From Candidatus Moraniibacteriota bacterium (GTDB lineage Bacteria; Patescibacteriota; Minisyncoccia; Moranbacterales; GWC2-37-73): DNA of 64,000 nt. Shown one piece after another: positions 27,103 through 37,528 of this stretch (position 1 is its first letter; every line of letters begins with the position of its first letter). The stretch covers positions 9,564 to 73,563 of the forward strand of contig JAAXUC010000003.1 in assembly GCA_013336225.1 (NCBI GenBank), read 5' to 3'. Below the pieces are notes generated by a model. That model was not told the origin of the DNA, searched no databases, and saw only the letters and a list, made by a program, of their open reading frames with translations. A program made the translations under genes and the position numbers.

Positions 27103-28332
27103 ATGAAATTTATAGATTTATTTAAATTATCAACCCGCATGTTTAAAGCGAGAACTTCTCGAACGCTTTTGACTGTATTGGGTATGAGTATTGGTATTGC
27201 TGCTATTTTGTTTTTGGTTTCTTTGGGATATGGACTGCAAAAAACTTTGCTCGAAAGAATCACCACCTCTGATTCTCTTTTAACGCTGGATATTTCCGAG
27301 GCGAAGTCTGGCATTGTTTCTCTCAATACTGATATGATCAAAAAAATCCAGGAAATGTCTGGAGTGGAAGAGGTGAGTCCAGCTTTTCAAATCACCACAC
27401 AGGGGCATTTGGATGATTTGTCTGCAGATTTGGTCACCATTGGTTCTAAGCCTTCTTTTTTGAAATTAGGAGGATATAAACCAAGTAGTGGCGTGCTGCT
27501 CAGCGATGACAATCAAAATGGAATCGTGATCAGTAGCGCAGTGGGACAAGTTTTTGGGAAAACTGTGGAGGAAATGCTTGGAAAGGAAATGACTTTTTCA
27601 TTTTTCGTGCCAAGAAACGCTCCTGCTGTTGATGATGCTGGCAATACTTCGGATGCTCAACCCCAAAGTGATTTTGAGAAAATAAATTCCACGGTCACAT
27701 ATAAAATTGTGGGAGTTATTGATGGCGAGGATAATGTGGTCTATGTGAACATGTCATCGCTGGATGATTTGAAAATTGATAAATATGGACAAGTTAAGGT
27801 AAAAACTAGCTCCAATGGGGAAATGGGTATAATCAGGGATGCAATTTTGGAATATGGCTTGCTGGTTTCATCTCTATCAGACACTGTTGATCAAGCAAAT
27901 CAAATCTTTAGAGTTGTGCAGATCATTTTGATGTTGTTTGGAGTTGTTGCTTTGGTGGTTTCCGCTATTGGTATGTTCAACACCATGACCATCACCTTGC
28001 TTGAAAGAACGGAAGAAATTGGAATCATGAAATCAATTGGAGCTTCTGATTTTGGAATTTCGGTGATGTTTTTCATGGAATCTGCCATCATGGGATTCTT
28101 GGGCGGATGCGCCGGAGTTTCCATTGGTTGGTTGGGAGGATTAGGATTCAACACCATTATTAACATGGTTGCGGTGAGATTTGGCGGTCAGACAGTGAGT
28201 CTTTTCTATAGCCCTGCTTGGTTCGTGCTTTCAATTCTGGCTTTTTCTGGAGTGGTGGGATTTTTGACTGGACTTGTGCCAGCACGTCGCGCCAGCAAGA
28301 TTGATCCCTTGGACGCTCTACGATACAAATGA
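27103..28332 (+). CDS. ABC transporter permease, FtsX/MacB-type
   Basis: An N-terminal TM, a large extracytoplasmic domain, and a C-terminal FtsX-like 3-TM bundle. The last residues are …PARRASKIDPLDALRYK. Confidence 0.8.
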   Translation: MKFIDLFKLSTRMFKARTSRTLLTVLGMSIGIAAILFLVSLGYGLQKTLLERITTSDSLLTLDISEAKSGIVSLNTDMIKKIQEMSGVEEVSPAFQITTQGHLDDLSADLVTIGSKPSFLKLGGYKPSSGVLLSDDNQNGIVISSAVGQVFGKTVEEMLGKEMTFSFFVPRNAPAVDDAGNTSDAQPQSDFEKINSTVTYKIVGVIDGEDNVVYVNMSSLDDLKIDKYGQVKVKTSSNGEMGIIRDAILEYGLLVSSLSDTVDQANQIFRVVQIILMLFGVVALVVSAIGMFNTMTITLLERTEEIGIMKSIGASDFGISVMFFMESAIMGFLGGCAGVSIGWLGGLGFNTIINMVAVRFGGQTVSLFYSPAWFVLSILAFSGVVGFLTGLVPARRASKIDPLDALRYK

Positions 28333-28333
28333 A

Positions 28334-28424
28334 AATGTATTTTGTATGATGTATTTCGTATTTCGTATGAATTCAAAATGCATTTATACAAAATACTAAA
28401 TACTGGATACGATATACAAAAGAG
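28334..28424. repeat. AT-rich palindromic element of the gtatttc/atacaaa heptamer family (family Y)
   Basis: gtatttcgtatttcgtatg … catttatacaaaatactaaatactggatacgatatac. Relatives at 38338..38395 and 61838..61884, and inside miaB at 58788..58892. Confidence 0.65.
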
Positions 28425-28495
28425 CTTAATGATTGCTCTTTTTTGTTATTTGGGGATATAATATTAAAAGCATATAAATAGAACATGCAATCTTT

Positions 28496-29338
28496 ATGAA
28501 ACTTCTCTACGGAAAACCAGTTGCTGAAAAAATCTTAAGTCGCTTGAAAAGAGATATTTCTTTGTGCGACTCCAAGCCCGGCTTGGCTGTTATTTTGGTT
28601 GGCAATGATAAAGCCTCACATTTGTATGTGAATCTTAAAGAAAAAACAGCAGTTGAAATCGGGATGAATTTTTTCAGGCATGACTTGAGGGATGATGTTG
28701 CTCAGGAAGAAATTTTGCAGCTGATTGAAAAACTCAATGCGGATGAAAAAGTGCATGGCATCATTGTGCAACTTCCTTTGCCGCAAGGTTTTGACACGCA
28801 AAAAATCATCTCAAATATTGATCCAAAAAAGGATGCAGACGGATTTCATCCAACAAATACTGAGCTTTTCTTGCAAGGCAAGTTTGGCATAGCCCCGGTT
28901 TTTCCGCGCGCCATCCTGCAATTGATTGCAAGTAGCAGAGAGGATCTGAAAGACAAAAAAGCAGTAGTTGTTGCAAATTCAGATGAATTTGGCAAGATTA
29001 TGAGCGCAATGCTGAAGCGTGAAAACATCATTGCAAGCTATATTTTATCAGGCAATATCTCCTCGCAGCTCGGTCAAATTGGGGACTCAGACATCGTGGT
29101 GAGCGCTGTGGGCTCGCCAGGGCTGCTCAGGGGTGAAATGCTTAAGAATGGCTCTATCGTTATCGATGGTGGCATTGAAAAGGTGGGCGATAAGGTTTTT
29201 GGAGATGTTGATTTTGGCTCAGTTAAGGCTTTGGATGGATTTATCACGCCCGTGCCTGGTGGGGTGGGACCTGTGACAATTGCTTGTCTCTTGGAAAACG
29301 TATATTTGGCGTTTGAGGCTCAACAAAAGGAAAAGTAA
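28496..29338 (+). CDS. folD: Bifunctional methylene-THF dehydrogenase/methenyl-THF cyclohydrolase
   Basis: LAVILVGNDKASHLYVNLKEKT…, 280 aa. Confidence 0.85.
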   Translation: MKLLYGKPVAEKILSRLKRDISLCDSKPGLAVILVGNDKASHLYVNLKEKTAVEIGMNFFRHDLRDDVAQEEILQLIEKLNADEKVHGIIVQLPLPQGFDTQKIISNIDPKKDADGFHPTNTELFLQGKFGIAPVFPRAILQLIASSREDLKDKKAVVVANSDEFGKIMSAMLKRENIIASYILSGNISSQLGQIGDSDIVVSAVGSPGLLRGEMLKNGSIVIDGGIEKVGDKVFGDVDFGSVKALDGFITPVPGGVGPVTIACLLENVYLAFEAQQKEK

Positions 29339-29370
29339 TCTTGATTTTGACAAAATTTTGTGATATTATA

Positions 29371-29398
29371 AAAACAATCTTGAATGATTGTTTTTTTG
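29371..29398 (+). terminator. Rho-independent terminator
   Basis: aaaacaatcttgaatgattgttttttt. Confidence 0.65.
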
Positions 29399-29566
29399 TT
29401 TGCGTTCTTATTGAAAATCGCTCGAATACATTTTTCTTTTTGTGCGGAAAAACAATTGCAACTTTTTAATATAACACCAAGGGGACTTGTTTTAATGCAA
29501 AAAAGAAAAAGTATTCTCGCTTATATTTGTTTTGTATTTTTGTAACATTTTTTAATCCCGTAGCCT

Positions 29567-31996
29567 ATGAATAAATATATACCAAGTGAAATTGAAAAAA
29601 AATGGCAGAAAGTCTGGGAAGAGAATAATTCTTTCAAGATCGATAAGGATGACGACTCTAAAGAAAAATACTACATCTTAGACATGTTTCCATATCCATC
29701 CGGAACTGGTTTGCACATGGGTCACACGGAGAGCTATACGGCTAGCGACGTTTTTTATCGTTTTAAGAAAATGCAGGGTTATAATGTTTTGCATCCGCAA
29801 GGCTTTGATTCCTTCGGTCTTCCAGCAGAAAATTATGCCATCAAGACAGGAGTAAAGCCTGCAGAAACAACTCAGAAAAATATTCTCAATTATATTGAGC
29901 AAATGAAATCACTTGGTTTTGATTATGATTTTGATGAGAAAGTGATTACCTCTGATCCTGGTTATTACAAATGGACGCAGTGGATTTTTGGTAAATTTTT
30001 TGAAAATGGTTTGGTCTATAAAAAAACCCAAAAAACCAATTGGTGTTCATCTTGCCAAACAGTCATTGCCAATGAACAGGTGGTGGACGCTAAATGCGAG
30101 CGATGTGGAACTGAAATTGTGCAGAAGGAAGTTCCAGGTTGGTTTTTTAAGATTACGGATTTTTCTGATGAATTGATTGCTGATCTGGCAACAGTTGACT
30201 GGCCGGAATACACTAAGAAAAATCAAATAAATTGGATCGGAAAATCACAGGGTGCTCTTTTGAAATTTCAAATTAAAGGTTTGGAAAATTCAATTGAAGT
30301 TTTCACTACTCGTCCTGACACCTTGTTTGGAGCTACTTACGTAGTGCTAGCTCCTGAGCATAAATTGGTCAATGAATTGAAAGATAGAATTTCCAATTGG
30401 GATGTCATTGAAAAATATATAATTCAAACTCAAAACAAAACAGAATTAGACAGGATGGAGGCCAAGGAGAAAACCGGCGAAAAACTTGAAGGTGTTGTGG
30501 TAGTGAATCCTGCAAATGGTCAGGAGCTTCCTATTTTCATAGCTGATTATGTTTTGGCTGGCTATGGAACTGGAGCTATTATGGCAGTTCCAGCGCATGA
30601 TGAGCGTGACTTTGAATTTGCGAAAAAATATGATCTTCCAATTGTGGAGGTTATTTCAGGAGGAGATGTTGATGAGAAGGCTTACATTGAAAATGGGGAA
30701 CTGGTTAATTCTGGAAAATTTGATGGAATGTCAGTTGAAAAAGCTAAACAAGAAATCACTCAAGTTGTTGGTGGAGAAATGACGGCAACTTATCGTCTGC
30801 GTGATTGGTCTTTTTCTCGTCAGCGCTATTGGGGTTGTCCTATTCCAATTGTATATTCACCAGCAGGTGAGGCGCATTTGATTCCGGAAAAACATCTGCC
30901 TTGGAAGCTTCCTGAAGATGTTGATTTTGTTCCGACAGGGGTGGCGCCACTCTCCAAATCGGAAGAATTAAAAAAACGTGTAGAAGACATTTTTGGTCAA
31001 GGATGGACAGCTGAATATGACACCATGGATACCTTTGTGGATTCTTCTTGGTATTTCTTGCGTTATCCTGATCCACATAATGAAGAAAGTTTTTGCGGTA
31101 AAGATAGATTAAAAAAATGGATGCCGGTAGATTTATATATTGGAGGAGCTGAGCATACCTATATGCACTTGCTTTATGCTAGGTTTTTTACGAAAGCAAT
31201 GCATAAAATTGGATTGATTGATTTTGACGAACCATTTCTGAAGCTTCGTCATCAAGGCATGGTGCTAGATAAGGAAGGTAAAAAAATGTCCAAGTCCAAG
31301 GGAAATGTAATTAATCCTGATAGTATGGTGGAAAAATTCGGAGCTGATGCTGTGCGAACCTATATGCTTTTTGCTGCGCCGTTGGAAGATGAGGTGATGT
31401 GGAATGAGGATAATATTGTAGGTGTGCGCAGATTTTTGGATAAAGTTTGGTCATCTTTTCAAATGTATTATTTTGGCGGGGGAATTCTTGAAGCCGAAAA
31501 TAATGATAAACAGCTTCATATAATTATAAATAAAACTATAAAGAAGGTTACTAATGATATTGAAAATTTAAGGTTCAATACTGCCATTAGTGAGCTTATG
31601 ACTGCTCTAAATAGTGTAAAAAGTCTTGTTTTAAAAAATACTATTTCAGATGATGCAAGAATGAGTTTTATTAAAAAATATTTGATCATATTGTCTCCGT
31701 TTGCTCCACACATTACTGAGGAATTATGGGAAATGACAGGGCATAAGGAATCAATCTTTTTGCAGTCATGGCCAGAAGTAGATGAAAAATATTTGCAAGA
31801 TGATGAGATTGAAATGGTGGTGCAAGTGAATGGGCGAGTGCGCGAGCGCTTGATGGTGGCCTGCGACGTCACAGAAGATGAAATTAAGGAAACCGCCTTG
31901 GAGAATGCAAAAGTGAAAGTTTTCACCGAGGGAAAAGAAATCAAGAAAATAATTTTTGTCCCTGGAAAATTGATAAACATTGTTGTGCAATTGTAA
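29567..31996 (+). CDS. leuS: Leucyl-tRNA synthetase
   Basis: PYPSGTGLHMGHTESY (HIGH) and KMSKSKGN, 809 aa. Confidence 0.92.
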   Translation: MNKYIPSEIEKKWQKVWEENNSFKIDKDDDSKEKYYILDMFPYPSGTGLHMGHTESYTASDVFYRFKKMQGYNVLHPQGFDSFGLPAENYAIKTGVKPAETTQKNILNYIEQMKSLGFDYDFDEKVITSDPGYYKWTQWIFGKFFENGLVYKKTQKTNWCSSCQTVIANEQVVDAKCERCGTEIVQKEVPGWFFKITDFSDELIADLATVDWPEYTKKNQINWIGKSQGALLKFQIKGLENSIEVFTTRPDTLFGATYVVLAPEHKLVNELKDRISNWDVIEKYIIQTQNKTELDRMEAKEKTGEKLEGVVVVNPANGQELPIFIADYVLAGYGTGAIMAVPAHDERDFEFAKKYDLPIVEVISGGDVDEKAYIENGELVNSGKFDGMSVEKAKQEITQVVGGEMTATYRLRDWSFSRQRYWGCPIPIVYSPAGEAHLIPEKHLPWKLPEDVDFVPTGVAPLSKSEELKKRVEDIFGQGWTAEYDTMDTFVDSSWYFLRYPDPHNEESFCGKDRLKKWMPVDLYIGGAEHTYMHLLYARFFTKAMHKIGLIDFDEPFLKLRHQGMVLDKEGKKMSKSKGNVINPDSMVEKFGADAVRTYMLFAAPLEDEVMWNEDNIVGVRRFLDKVWSSFQMYYFGGGILEAENNDKQLHIIINKTIKKVTNDIENLRFNTAISELMTALNSVKSLVLKNTISDDARMSFIKKYLIILSPFAPHITEELWEMTGHKESIFLQSWPEVDEKYLQDDEIEMVVQVNGRVRERLMVACDVTEDEIKETALENAKVKVFTEGKEIKKIIFVPGKLINIVVQL

Positions 31997-32019
31997 AAAC
32001 ATTTAAAAATACAAACAAA

Positions 32020-32700
32020 ATGCAGATAGTAATCTTGGCAGCTGGTCGCGGAACTCACATGTCTGATCTGACAAATTCAGTGCCCAAGCCGATGTTGGAA
32101 ATAAATGGCAAGCCAATCTTGGCATATAAATTGGAAGCACTTCCGCCAGAAATTGATGAAGTTATTTTTGTGATTGGATATTTGGGCAATCAAATTCAAG
32201 AATATTTTGGAAATTTTTATGCTGGTAAGAAAATTTCCTATGTGGTGCAGGCAGAATTGAATGGAACTGGCGGCGCAATGCAGTTGGTGAAGGATTTGGT
32301 GGAAAATGATTTTTTGGTGATGATGGGAGATGATTTGTACATGCAAAAAGATATTGTAAATTTAATTAAACATAATCTGGCGATGCTCACTTGTGAACTT
32401 GAAAATCCCAGTCAGTTTGGAATTGTTTCAGTTGATGAATCTGGAAAATTGCTTGAAATTGCTGAAAGAAAAAATATCATCGGGTTTGGCTTGGTGAACA
32501 CTGGTTTATATAAATTAAACAAGTCATTTTTCGATTTTGCCTTGGTGCCAATTGGCAAGGGAGAATTTGGTTTACCGCAAACGCTTGCGACAATGACAGA
32601 TCAATATGATGTGATGATTGAAAAGGCTACTAATTGGTTTCCGATTGGAAATCCGACTGACCTTGAAAATGCTTCAGCAGTTATTAGTAAATTTATATAA
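32020..32700 (+). CDS. Sugar-phosphate nucleotidyltransferase (NTP_transferase family)
   Basis: ILAAGRGTHMSDLTNSVPKPML glycine-rich N-terminal motif, 226 aa. Confidence 0.7.
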   Translation: MQIVILAAGRGTHMSDLTNSVPKPMLEINGKPILAYKLEALPPEIDEVIFVIGYLGNQIQEYFGNFYAGKKISYVVQAELNGTGGAMQLVKDLVENDFLVMMGDDLYMQKDIVNLIKHNLAMLTCELENPSQFGIVSVDESGKLLEIAERKNIIGFGLVNTGLYKLNKSFFDFALVPIGKGEFGLPQTLATMTDQYDVMIEKATNWFPIGNPTDLENASAVISKFI

Positions 32701-32702
32701 AA

Positions 32703-33731
32703 ATGAAACCCAAAAAAATCGTTACAATTGGTGGAGGAACTGGGAGTTTCACACTACTTAGTGGGCTTAAAAAATACGACGTTGATATTTCAGCCATTGT
32801 TTCCATGGCTGATGATGGAGGCTCAACTGGGATTTTGCGCGATGAACTTGGCGTTCTTCCACCGGGAGACGTGCGGCAATGCTTGGTGGCACTCAGTGAT
32901 TCTTCGGAGATGCTGCGCCGCTTGATGAGTTATCGCTTCGAAGAAGGAGGCCTGGCTGGTCATAATTTCGGGAATCTTTTTTTGTCAGCACTGGAAAAAA
33001 TAAATAAGAATTTTTCCAAAGGCGTGCAGGAAGCTTCTCGCATTCTCAATGTCAAGGGAAATGTGATTCCAGTGACTGATCAAGACACGAATCTTTTCAT
33101 GGAACTTAAAAATGGCAAGAAATTGAAAGGAGAAAATGAAATCAATCACAATTTTGAAATAGAGAAAATTGGAATCAACAAGAATTATCTTTTCCCGCGT
33201 GCCAAGGCTAATAGGCAAGCCATTGAAAAAATATTGGAAGCTGATTTGATTGTGATTGGACCAGGAAATCATTATTGTTCAATCATCCCAAATTTATTGG
33301 TGGATGGCATTGCCAGTGCGATCAAGAAATCCAAGGCAATTGTGGTCTATAATTGTAATTTGGTGAATAAAAGTGGTCACACTGAAAAATTTGATCTGGA
33401 TGCATATGTGGCAGCTATCAATGAATATATTGGAAAAGATCGGATTGATTTGGTGACTTTCAATGTTCAAAAACCAACAAGCCATTTGGTGAAAAAATAT
33501 GCAAGTCAGGGTGAAGCTTTAGTGCCTTTTGATGAAGAAAAAATGACCAATAGAACGTATCGAATCTTGCGTGCCAATGTGCTCAGTGGTCAAAAAATAA
33601 AATATAGCCTGGCTGATAGGCTTGCACTTAAGCGCACTTTCATTCGTCATGACAGCGATAAATTGGCAAAACTTTTGATTATGACCTTGGAATTAGGTGA
33701 ATATGAGCATATAATAAAAGAAATCATTTAA
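32703..33731 (+). CDS. YvcK/CofD-like gluconeogenesis factor family (UPF0052)
   Basis: IGGGTGSFTLLSGLK…AIVSMADDGGSTGILRDELGVLPPGDVRQC. Confidence 0.75.
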   Translation: MKPKKIVTIGGGTGSFTLLSGLKKYDVDISAIVSMADDGGSTGILRDELGVLPPGDVRQCLVALSDSSEMLRRLMSYRFEEGGLAGHNFGNLFLSALEKINKNFSKGVQEASRILNVKGNVIPVTDQDTNLFMELKNGKKLKGENEINHNFEIEKIGINKNYLFPRAKANRQAIEKILEADLIVIGPGNHYCSIIPNLLVDGIASAIKKSKAIVVYNCNLVNKSGHTEKFDLDAYVAAINEYIGKDRIDLVTFNVQKPTSHLVKKYASQGEALVPFDEEKMTNRTYRILRANVLSGQKIKYSLADRLALKRTFIRHDSDKLAKLLIMTLELGEYEHIIKEII

Positions 33732-33741
33732 AAATAAATTT

Positions 33742-35208
33742 GTGGATGAGCAAAAACAAGAAATCATAGCAACTTCTGAGCAGAATTTGCCTGAAAAAAT
33801 GCTGACCCTTTCTGAATTTCGAAGGGAGCTTGGAATTCCATTGGTGTTGGCAAAAAAATTGATCATTTGGGGTGAAATTAATGCAGTGAAGGCAATCGAT
33901 GGCACGCTGCGAATTGCAGCGCCAGAAGTGGCAGTGGCCAGGATTGTCATTGGAACTCCACTCAAAAAGGCATATTTGTTTGTGCGCGCCCTGGGGCCAG
34001 GACTAATCACGGGAGCATCGGATGATGATCCAGGTGGAATTGGAACATATTCAGCTGTGGGTGCAAAATTCGGGATGAACATTCTGTGGATGGCTGCTTG
34101 GCTTTTGCCGATGATGCTGGCCATTCAGGAAACATGCGCGCGCATTGGGATTGTCACCAATAAGGGATTGGCTGCAGTGCTTAAGCAATATTTCAGAAGA
34201 GAAGTGGTGTTGGTGGCAGTGCTACTGTTGATGATTGCTAACATTGCCAACATTGGGGCGGATCTTGGAGCCATGGCTGCTTCACTGGAAATGGTTTCAG
34301 GTATTAATTATGCAGTTGGTGCCATCTTTTTTGCGGTAGCTATAATTTTATTGGAAATTTTTGTTAAATATCATGTCTATGTGAAAGTTTTAAAATGGCT
34401 GACTTTGTCAGTTTTTGCTTATATCATTGCTGGTTTTATGACTCATCCAAATTGGTCAGTGGTTTTTAAGAATTCTTTTATTCCTCAGATATCTTTCACA
34501 AAAGAATATATTTTTGCCATGATTGCGGTTCTTGGAACCACTATTACGCCGTATCTTTTCTTTTGGCAAGCCTCTGAAGAGGTGGAAGATGGCAAGATGA
34601 ATCATGTTATGCATAACAAGAAAGTTGTCAAAAACAGAGTTTCATTGATGCGCACTGATGTGAATGCAGGCATGATCTTGGCTAACATTGTTTTTTTCTT
34701 TATTGTGCTGACGACCGCCAATGTGTTGTTTGCCAATGGCATCACTAATATTGATTCAGCTCAAGATGCTGCACTGGCACTGCGTCCACTTGCGGGAGAT
34801 TATGCTTTTTTGCTTTTTGCTATTGGCATCATCGGAACCGGATTTTTGGCAGTGCCAATTTTAGCAGGTAGTGGAGCATATGCCTTGAGTGAACTGATGC
34901 GCTGGAATAATGGACTAGAAGAAAAATTTTCCAAAGCTAGAGGTTTCTATTTGGTGATAACCTTTTCAATCTTTGTTGGCTTGGCGATGAATTTCATGGG
35001 CATCAATCCAATCAAAGCACTTTATTGGTCAGCTTTTCTAAACGGTGTGATCGCGCTTCCACTGCTGGCGATCATCATGAAAATTGGAGGAGATAAAAAA
35101 ATTATGGGCCGAGAGACAAATCCTTTTTGGGTGAAAATTTGTGGTTGGTCGGCAGTTATTGCGACAGCAGCAGCCTTAATTGGGATGATGGTGGTAAGTT
35201 TTATATAA
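33742..35208 (+). CDS. mntH: NRAMP-family divalent metal (Mn2+/Fe2+) transporter
   Basis: GPGLITGASDDDPGGIGTYS…LPMMLAIQETCARIGIVT. Multi-pass membrane protein with a ~70-aa N-terminal cytoplasmic extension. Confidence 0.75.
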   Translation: MDEQKQEIIATSEQNLPEKMLTLSEFRRELGIPLVLAKKLIIWGEINAVKAIDGTLRIAAPEVAVARIVIGTPLKKAYLFVRALGPGLITGASDDDPGGIGTYSAVGAKFGMNILWMAAWLLPMMLAIQETCARIGIVTNKGLAAVLKQYFRREVVLVAVLLLMIANIANIGADLGAMAASLEMVSGINYAVGAIFFAVAIILLEIFVKYHVYVKVLKWLTLSVFAYIIAGFMTHPNWSVVFKNSFIPQISFTKEYIFAMIAVLGTTITPYLFFWQASEEVEDGKMNHVMHNKKVVKNRVSLMRTDVNAGMILANIVFFFIVLTTANVLFANGITNIDSAQDAALALRPLAGDYAFLLFAIGIIGTGFLAVPILAGSGAYALSELMRWNNGLEEKFSKARGFYLVITFSIFVGLAMNFMGINPIKALYWSAFLNGVIALPLLAIIMKIGGDKKIMGRETNPFWVKICGWSAVIATAAALIGMMVVSFI

Positions 35209-35211
35209 GAT

Positions 35212-35748
35212 ATGGATGAATTTGAAATAAAAATTGTAAAATATTTCAATCAACTTGGCTCAAAAAAGTTGGATGTTTTTTTTGGTTTCATAAATTCAAT
35301 CAGGTTCCTGGCTTTTTTTTGGACGATGCTGGTAATTTTAGCAGTGGCTAAACATCCGGAAATAACTAAGCCATTCCTGGAGGTTGTTGCTGTTGTGGCA
35401 ATCTTGCATTTTGGCATTACGGAAGGAATAATTAAGCATCTGCTCCTTAATTTTATCCCAAAAAGAAAACGACCATATATAGCATTTCCTGAAACAATAA
35501 AACCAATTGGAAAAAAATTCAGCGATTCATCTTTTCCTTCAAGTCACATGACAACCACTGTGGCGATGTTTTTTGTGATCACTGCTTTTTATCCATCCAT
35601 TATAATTCTGGCCGTTATGGCTATTTTGTTCATGGCATTTTCTCGCTTGTACAATGGCATGCATTATCCATCTGACATCTTGGTTGGGATTTTGCTGGGA
35701 TTATTTTATGGTTGGACAGCTTTGGAAATTTTAAGAGTTGTATTTTAA
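35212..35748 (+). CDS. PAP2-family phosphatase (membrane)
   Basis: PSSH and SRLYNGMHYPSDILVG PAP2 motifs. Confidence 0.7.
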   Translation: MDEFEIKIVKYFNQLGSKKLDVFFGFINSIRFLAFFWTMLVILAVAKHPEITKPFLEVVAVVAILHFGITEGIIKHLLLNFIPKRKRPYIAFPETIKPIGKKFSDSSFPSSHMTTTVAMFFVITAFYPSIIILAVMAILFMAFSRLYNGMHYPSDILVGILLGLFYGWTALEILRVVF

Positions 35749-35758
35749 CTAAATTTAC

Positions 35759-36403
35759 ATGAAAGTATTTATCGATTTTGATGATGTGATTTTTAATACG
35801 AAAGAATTCAGCGCTGAACTGAAAAGTTTTTTTGAATCGCAAGGAATAAGTCAGGAACTTTTCCAGAAATATTATTATGCTGCTGATGACAATAGTGCAA
35901 TAAAATTGTTTGATCCAGAGGGGTTGATTGCGCGCTTGGAAAAATATGAGAAAATTGATGCCAGCAAATTGCGCGAAAATTTTGACCAACGCATTGAGAA
36001 TCTCACTGACTTTGTGTTTCCGGACGTCGTTGATTTTTTGAATTTTGTTGGCAAAGAAAATGTATATTTAATTTCCTTTGGTTTGCCAATTTTCCAGAAT
36101 AAAAAAATTGTGGCGTGTGGCATCAATAAGTTGGTGAGTGGCTGCATTGTTACTGGCGGTTCAAAAGCCAGCGCAATTGGCAGTGTCATGGAGAAAGTTG
36201 GAATCGCTGTCAGTGAAAAAATAATTTTCATTGATGATCGCATAGAACAAGTGCAAGACATTAAGCAAGCTTTCCCAGCTGCATGCACATTCTTGCTTTG
36301 TCGCAAGGAGGGAAGATATTGCGATGAGAAAAATGAATATTGTGATTACGAAGTTCATAATCTGAAAGAAGCACAAGAGATAATTAATGAAATAAAGCAG
36401 TAA
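35759..36403 (+). CDS. HAD-superfamily hydrolase (putative)
   Basis: N-terminal motif I FIDFDDVIF and a DD motif near the C-terminus (IFIDDRIEQ). Confidence 0.5.
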   Translation: MKVFIDFDDVIFNTKEFSAELKSFFESQGISQELFQKYYYAADDNSAIKLFDPEGLIARLEKYEKIDASKLRENFDQRIENLTDFVFPDVVDFLNFVGKENVYLISFGLPIFQNKKIVACGINKLVSGCIVTGGSKASAIGSVMEKVGIAVSEKIIFIDDRIEQVQDIKQAFPAACTFLLCRKEGRYCDEKNEYCDYEVHNLKEAQEIINEIKQ

Positions 36404-36408
36404 GATAA

Positions 36409-37458
36409 ATGGATATTAAAAAACTCGAAAATTTTTTGCAAGAAAATAACTTGCCCAAGTTTCGTCTGGGGCAAATTCAAAAAGCCATCTTTACTGATGG
36501 AGCTTTCTCATTTTCTGAAATTACCACTTTATCAAAAGAACTCCGAGAAAAAATGGAAAGTCAGTTGCGGTTGCTTTCCTTTGAAACTGAAAAAGTTTTA
36601 GTGGCTAAAGATGGGCAATCCATCAAGGCACTTTTGAAATTGCATGATGGAGATTTGATTGAAACCGTTTTGATCGCTCCCAAGCCTGGCATTTGGTCTG
36701 CTTGCATCTCTTGCCAAGTTGGTTGCGCAATGGGCTGTCGGTTTTGTGCAACTGGCAAAATGGGATTTAAGCGTGACCTGACTGCTGAAGAAATCACTGA
36801 TCAAGTTTTGTTTTGGAGGCAATATCTGAAACTAAAAGCTAAAAGCGAAAAGCTAAAAGCTGAGGAAGTTTCCACCATTGTATATATGGGAATGGGGGAG
36901 CCTTTTAATAATTGGGATAATGTTTCTGAGAGTATTAAAAATCTGACAGATGAAAAATTGTTTGGTTTCGGCTCGCGCTCAATTTCTGTTTCAACTTCTG
37001 GCATTGCAAGTGGGATTGAAAGAATGGCCAATGAGTTTCCTCAGATCAATCTGGCAATTTCATTGCATTTTGCCAGTGACAAAAAACGCGATCTCTATAT
37101 GCCAGTCAATAAGAAAGACAATTTGGAATCTTTAAAAAATGCACTGAAGGGATATTTCACCATCACCAATCGCAAAGTATTTTTGGAATATATCATGCTG
37201 GATGGAATTAATGACACCGCGCTAGATGCTAAAATGCTGGCAGATTTCATTTATTCCATTGGCAGCACTCATCTTTTACATATGAATCTGATTCGCTACA
37301 ACATGACCAGCGATCCGCCAGCTGGCGGACTGCAGCCTTCTTCCAAAACCAGAACGCAAATTTTCAAGCAGGAATTAGAGAAGCATCAGGTGCATGCCAC
37401 CATTCGAAAAAGTCTCGGCGAAGAAATTAAGGCAGCCTGTGGACAGTTAGCCTCTTAG
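36409..37458 (+). CDS. rlmN: 23S rRNA (A2503-C2) / tRNA methyltransferase RlmN (radical SAM)
   Basis: GCAMGCRFCATG radical-SAM motif and the conserved distal Cys. It contains an in-frame 9-bp tandem repeat insert (36829..36864; KLKAKSEKLKAEE). Confidence 0.85.
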   Translation: MDIKKLENFLQENNLPKFRLGQIQKAIFTDGAFSFSEITTLSKELREKMESQLRLLSFETEKVLVAKDGQSIKALLKLHDGDLIETVLIAPKPGIWSACISCQVGCAMGCRFCATGKMGFKRDLTAEEITDQVLFWRQYLKLKAKSEKLKAEEVSTIVYMGMGEPFNNWDNVSESIKNLTDEKLFGFGSRSISVSTSGIASGIERMANEFPQINLAISLHFASDKKRDLYMPVNKKDNLESLKNALKGYFTITNRKVFLEYIMLDGINDTALDAKMLADFIYSIGSTHLLHMNLIRYNMTSDPPAGGLQPSSKTRTQIFKQELEKHQVHATIRKSLGEEIKAACGQLAS

Positions 37459-37473
37459 AAAAATGGATAAATT

Positions 37474-37506
37474 AAAACGGGCCATCAGTTGACGGTCCGT
37501 TTTTTT
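37474..37506. terminator. Bidirectional rho-independent terminator
   Basis: aaaacgggccatcagttgacggtccgttttttt (one G·U in the stem). Confidence 0.55.
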
Positions 37507-37528
37507 GATTGCATTTTGCTTTTACTTA

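Noticed and set aside
29399-29566. T-box leader upstream of leuS
   Set aside because: There is no specifier/T-box consensus (AATTAGGGTGGNACCGCG) and no antiterminator/terminator pair in the 170-bp spacer.
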